Below, one piece after another: positions 60,751 through 64,000 of a stretch of DNA of 64,000 nucleotides (the stretch's first letter is position 1; the number at the start of each line of letters is the position of its first letter). The translations under genes were made by a program, and so were the position numbers. The notes below the pieces were generated by a model. That model worked only from the letters and a program-made list of their open reading frames with translations. It had not been told where the DNA came from and did not search any database. The DNA comes from Candidatus Bathyarchaeia archaeon (lineage in GTDB: Archaea > Thermoproteota > Bathyarchaeia > Bathyarchaeales > Bathycorpusculaceae), in assembly GCA_050010755.1 (NCBI GenBank), contig JBEKKK010000001.1, positions 64,001-128,000 on the forward strand, in the 5' to 3' direction.

Positions 60751-61521
60751 TTAATGCTTGGAATAACCGGCCGACAGCAATATTTCCTTGACTGAAGCAA
60801 ACGCAGGTGAGTCTGAGGGCAGGTCCAAGAGAGATCTTCCTTCAAGAACGTACTCTTCGACTTTTTCATCTCTGACTATCTTGCCCAAGTACTTGAATTT
60901 CAGAGCGTTTTCAACATGGCTTCTCAGGTTTTCTGGAAGCCTGTAACCGCCGACGACGTAGAAGTTCTCGAAGGCTATTTTGACCTCTTTGGCCACGCGG
61001 TAGGCCCGTTCAACGTGGTCGATGGATTTCTTTGAAGGATCGATAACGTCGAAAACGTCGTTGATTTTTGTTGCGATTCGTCGGTTCAGGTGCTCCAAGC
61101 CCGCAGGGGAATCGATGAGTACGTACTTGTAGTTCTTTGTCAGGGTTTCGAGTGCTCCCTTCAGGGCTGCGTTTGGCAGGCAGTAGCATCCTTCGACCCA
61201 TTTTGTCCCGAGGGCGATGAAGTCAAAACTGTCGCCTTCGTACATGCCTCGAGCCCATATCTTGTTTTCAATCCGCTCAGTGGGGGCAACGCCGACGGTG
61301 GTTCCTCCTTCTTCCAGAAAAGTTTCCACAAGCAAGTCTGAGATTGACTTTTTGCCCACATCTTTCAGGTCTACTCCGACCATTTCGCCCAAATTTTGGT
61401 CAGGGTCAGCGTCGACTAGGAGAAGAGGTGAATCCCCAGCCTCGCTGAAGTACTTGGCCATCATGGCCACAAAACTCGTCTTTCCCGTTCCTCCGCGGCC
61501 GATAGTGACAAGCGTCTTCAA
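60751..61521 (-). CDS. cooC: CooC/AcsF-like nickel-insertion ATPase (GRGG variant)
   Basis: GRGGTGKT, DADPDQNL, EGCYCLPN, DSPAGLEHLNR. Confidence 0.85.
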   Translation of the reverse strand: MKTLVTIGRGGTGKTSFVAMMAKYFSEAGDSPLLLVDADPDQNLGEMVGVDLKDVGKKSISDLLVETFLEEGGTTVGVAPTERIENKIWARGMYEGDSFDFIALGTKWVEGCYCLPNAALKGALETLTKNYKYVLIDSPAGLEHLNRRIATKINDVFDVIDPSKKSIDHVERAYRVAKEVKIAFENFYVVGGYRLPENLRSHVENALKFKYLGKIVRDEKVEEYVLEGRSLLDLPSDSPAFASVKEILLSAGYSKH

Positions 61522-62348
61522 ATGTCCTTCCTTCTTACTTGATCAGAGGAGTGTTCTTTCAGATTTATGGGTTTGTTGCTCGCCGTGAAGTTCTTGCACA
61601 ATCTTTCTATGGCGACTAAAGCCTTTGAAGTCTCGTGCTTGAGCGGGGTCTCGCCTCGCATTTCTGCATCCATGATGGCTTCGTCGAATGGAATGAAGTC
61701 AAGAACCCTCAGGCCGTTCTCTTTTGCATATTTTTCGATGACGTCTTTTTGATTTTCATTGGCAATCTTGTTTCCGATTAGAAAAACCTGTTTCATTCCA
61801 GCGTCAGCCGCGAGTGCATGAATGTGGTTGGCAACTTCCAAGGATTTGCTGTTTGCGTCCGTAACGATGAGCATGTAATCTACCTGCCGCGCTGTCCCTC
61901 TGCCCATGTGTTCGCAGCCTGCTTCCATGTCAAGGATGACAGCCTCGTCCCTCTCCACAACCAAGTAGCGCATCAATGCCCGCACAAGCGCGTTGGCGGG
62001 ACAGGTGCATCCCGAGCCCATCGACTGCACTGTTCCCATCACAATCAAGTTAACTCCAAAGGGAGTCTTCACCGAGAAGTCGCGAACAACGTCATCCACG
62101 CTGAAAGACAGGCGAAAAACGCCCGAATATCCAGTGTTCGTTTTAGACTCGATAAGGCTCTTGTTCTCGGAGAGCGGCACGATTTTGCGCGCTTCTTCTG
62201 CAGATAGGCCCAAAGTTAAGGCTAGGTTCGGCGAAGAATCAGCGTCAATCGCTATGGTGCTCAATCCCTTTCTGGCAAGGAAGAACGCTAAGCCTCCAGC
62301 CAGCAGGGTCTTTCCGACACCTCCCTTGCCCGCAACTGAAATCTTCAG
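61518..62348 (-). CDS. cooC: CooC/AcsF-like nickel-insertion ATPase; probable CTG start at 62348
   Basis: Frame extends upstream of the track start to (L)KISVAGKGGVGKT; DADSSPNL, GSGCTCPAN, DMEAGCEHMGRG. Confidence 0.88.
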   Translation of the reverse strand: MKISVAGKGGVGKTLLAGGLAFFLARKGLSTIAIDADSSPNLALTLGLSAEEARKIVPLSENKSLIESKTNTGYSGVFRLSFSVDDVVRDFSVKTPFGVNLIVMGTVQSMGSGCTCPANALVRALMRYLVVERDEAVILDMEAGCEHMGRGTARQVDYMLIVTDANSKSLEVANHIHALAADAGMKQVFLIGNKIANENQKDVIEKYAKENGLRVLDFIPFDEAIMDAEMRGETPLKHETSKALVAIERLCKNFTASNKPINLKEHSSDQVRRKDI

Positions 62349-62565
62349 CTTACAATCCCACCAAATTCATCTAATCAAATAGACGGAGCAGCTTCCTATT
62401 ACGTTTTCTCAGGCGGGATGCCGAACTTTGTGCATGTTTTGTCATGAATTGTTCGTCTAGAGGATTGATTGTTATTCAGAATTCATAACTCTTTTACTGT
62501 CCTTGCCGCACCTTTCTTTGTTGCGCAAATACGCTTGCGCATGGTTCATGCTGAGGCGTTAAAAC

Positions 62566-62964
62566 TTGTCAGAAGCGGCGAGGATTGCACTTCTTCAAGA
62601 AATGATGAAAGATGCGAAGCGAAACGAGAGAGGCGGCCTTTTAGCCTGCCTCGTCGGTGTGATTGTATCGGCCGCGGGTTTTTCAACTCTTCCGCTCGCA
62701 AGAAACTCTCTTGAGCTAGGGGTTGTGGGGCTGCTGATTGCTGCGGTCGGGTTCGTTGTGTACCTCCATTACGCAGGTGTATACTCTAAATTCGTCGGCC
62801 AATTGGCGAAGATTGCATTCAAGAGTGCCGAGCCGTGTCCGCAATGTGGGAAAGAACTGCCAGAAGGCGAATTTGGTTTTTGTCCTTACTGCGGAACATC
62901 TCTCAAACACGAGGGCGTCATACAACAAGAGTTGTTAGAAAGAAACGAGACCCCGTTGCCTTGA
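62566..62964 (+). CDS. Two-TM membrane protein with C-terminal zinc ribbon
   Basis: Two hydrophobic helices; CPQCGK..FCPYCG. Confidence 0.75.
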   Translation: MSEAARIALLQEMMKDAKRNERGGLLACLVGVIVSAAGFSTLPLARNSLELGVVGLLIAAVGFVVYLHYAGVYSKFVGQLAKIAFKSAEPCPQCGKELPEGEFGFCPYCGTSLKHEGVIQQELLERNETPLP

Positions 62965-63027
62965 TTCTTGCGCCTGCCAAGAGAAAGTGTCAAATATAAA
63001 AAGGAATGCGCGCTTGGGAAAGTGCTT

Positions 63028-63222
63028 CTATATTTCTCGGATTTCGCATTGGAGTTTCTTGATTATTTCCTCAGCCTTCAAAGGCTCGATTTTCAGGGTG
63101 AAAAGTCTGCCCGGAGTTCGAAGCTTCAGTTTTACGGCGCCTTGCAACCTTTTCACTGCACAATATTCAGCGTGACCACTGATTTCGACGAATCTTTCAG
63201 TATCGAAAATTTCTGAAGGCAT
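63028..63222 (-). CDS. rpl38e: 50S ribosomal protein L38e
   Basis: MP.EI.D..RF...VKLKLRT..RLFTLK...KAEEI matches the eL38 pattern. Confidence 0.82.
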   Translation of the reverse strand: MPSEIFDTERFVEISGHAEYCAVKRLQGAVKLKLRTPGRLFTLKIEPLKAEEIIKKLQCEIREI

Positions 63223-63458
63223 CGCATTTCACCGCTCGTTCAGCCCACTCATGGTTCATGCTCAAGTTCTTATCTGTTTTGGTGACGCGGCCGAACGGAG
63301 AACGCGCTGCCTTGCCTTTTGAAACGAGAAGAAAGGAAACCAAGTGAAGTAAGCGTTAAAAGCTATAAAGAACTAATGCAATGTTGAGATTAACCGCGAA
63401 GCCGGGGCTGTGAGGCAAAATAGGCATATTTAATCCGAGTGCGCCCTTTCTTTCAGAC

Positions 63459-63857
63459 TTGAACCTGATACTTCAAATTGTCATCCTCGGCATCCTCGGC
63501 ATGGCAGTATACGCTAGGCTCAGGCATAGCACGGTGAAACATGCCGCGCTGATGGGCAGCGCAATCGGACTACACACTGTGGCGATAGGAGCCATAATGG
63601 TTCCCTCCTTGCTGAGCCTGGGCACCCTGTTGAGCAAGCTGATGACTAGTTTTGCCTGGTTAACGATAGTGCATGCTACTCTAGGAAGCATCGTAGAAAT
63701 ATTGGGGATATGGTTAGTGGCAACGTGGCTTTCGAACACGAAAAACGTTGAAAAATGCTTCAAAAGAAAGAACTTTATGAGAGTCACCATAGCCCTTTGG
63801 CTTACAGAACTGATTCTAGGCATCTTCGTTTACATGATGCTATATCTCCCCGCCTAG
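63459..63857 (+). CDS. DUF420-like four-TM membrane protein
   Basis: KHAALM, IMVPS, IVHATLG, M...ALW....LG..VY. Confidence 0.65.
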   Translation: MNLILQIVILGILGMAVYARLRHSTVKHAALMGSAIGLHTVAIGAIMVPSLLSLGTLLSKLMTSFAWLTIVHATLGSIVEILGIWLVATWLSNTKNVEKCFKRKNFMRVTIALWLTELILGIFVYMMLYLPA

Positions 63858-64000
63858 CCGCGTCGCGGCCAAAGCGCACATACCTATTCCGAAATCGAGT
63901 CAAAAACAGCATGTATTCTTCCTCTGACATCGCGGCTCTTGCACGGGCTTGCCATAAAGACTAATCCCTGCACACCCAACGTGAAAACTTACGAAACAAC

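Noticed and set aside
63850-64000. Minus-strand frame LFRKFSRWVCRD-TAG-SLWQARARAAMSEEEYMLFLTRF as amber readthrough or pseudogene
   Set aside because: Truncated by the window edge, with no recognisable family and no pyl genes here; cannot be supported.

Overview
Gene-dense archaeal chromosomal window, most consistent with Bathyarchaeia (TACK). This is an inference from the five-subunit archaeal CODH/ACS (cdhABCDE), ribosomal protein L38e, an SmAP3-type Lsm, PEF-tailed surface proteins and frequent TTG starts. The left half (about 1-34.6 kb) is a cell-envelope supercluster: glycosyltransferases, an AftD-like GT-C with a CBM32 insert, an HGSNAT-like acyltransferase, PEF-CTERM-like exported proteins, a probable S-layer protein, a beta-helix/PKD/Ig adhesin, a complete type IV pilus locus (ATPase, platform, five minor pilin-like proteins, major pilin, prepilin peptidase) and glmM-glmU. 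The middle (35-48 kb) holds RNA-processing and proteolysis genes (Lsm, PAC2, M28, tgtA, beta-CASP nuclease, archaemetzincin, presenilin-like protease, LonC). The right half (43-62 kb) is the Wood-Ljungdahl ACDS operon surrounded by Ni/Fe-S maturation and Cys-rich accessory genes. Features the ORF track misses: a 59-aa CooT, probable non-canonical ATC and CTG start codons, a perfect 20-bp palindrome upstream of the DUF134 gene, and two collapsed pseudogene remnants. I recognised no rRNA, tRNA, CRISPR array or transposase. All assignments are by motif recognition, without database searches.
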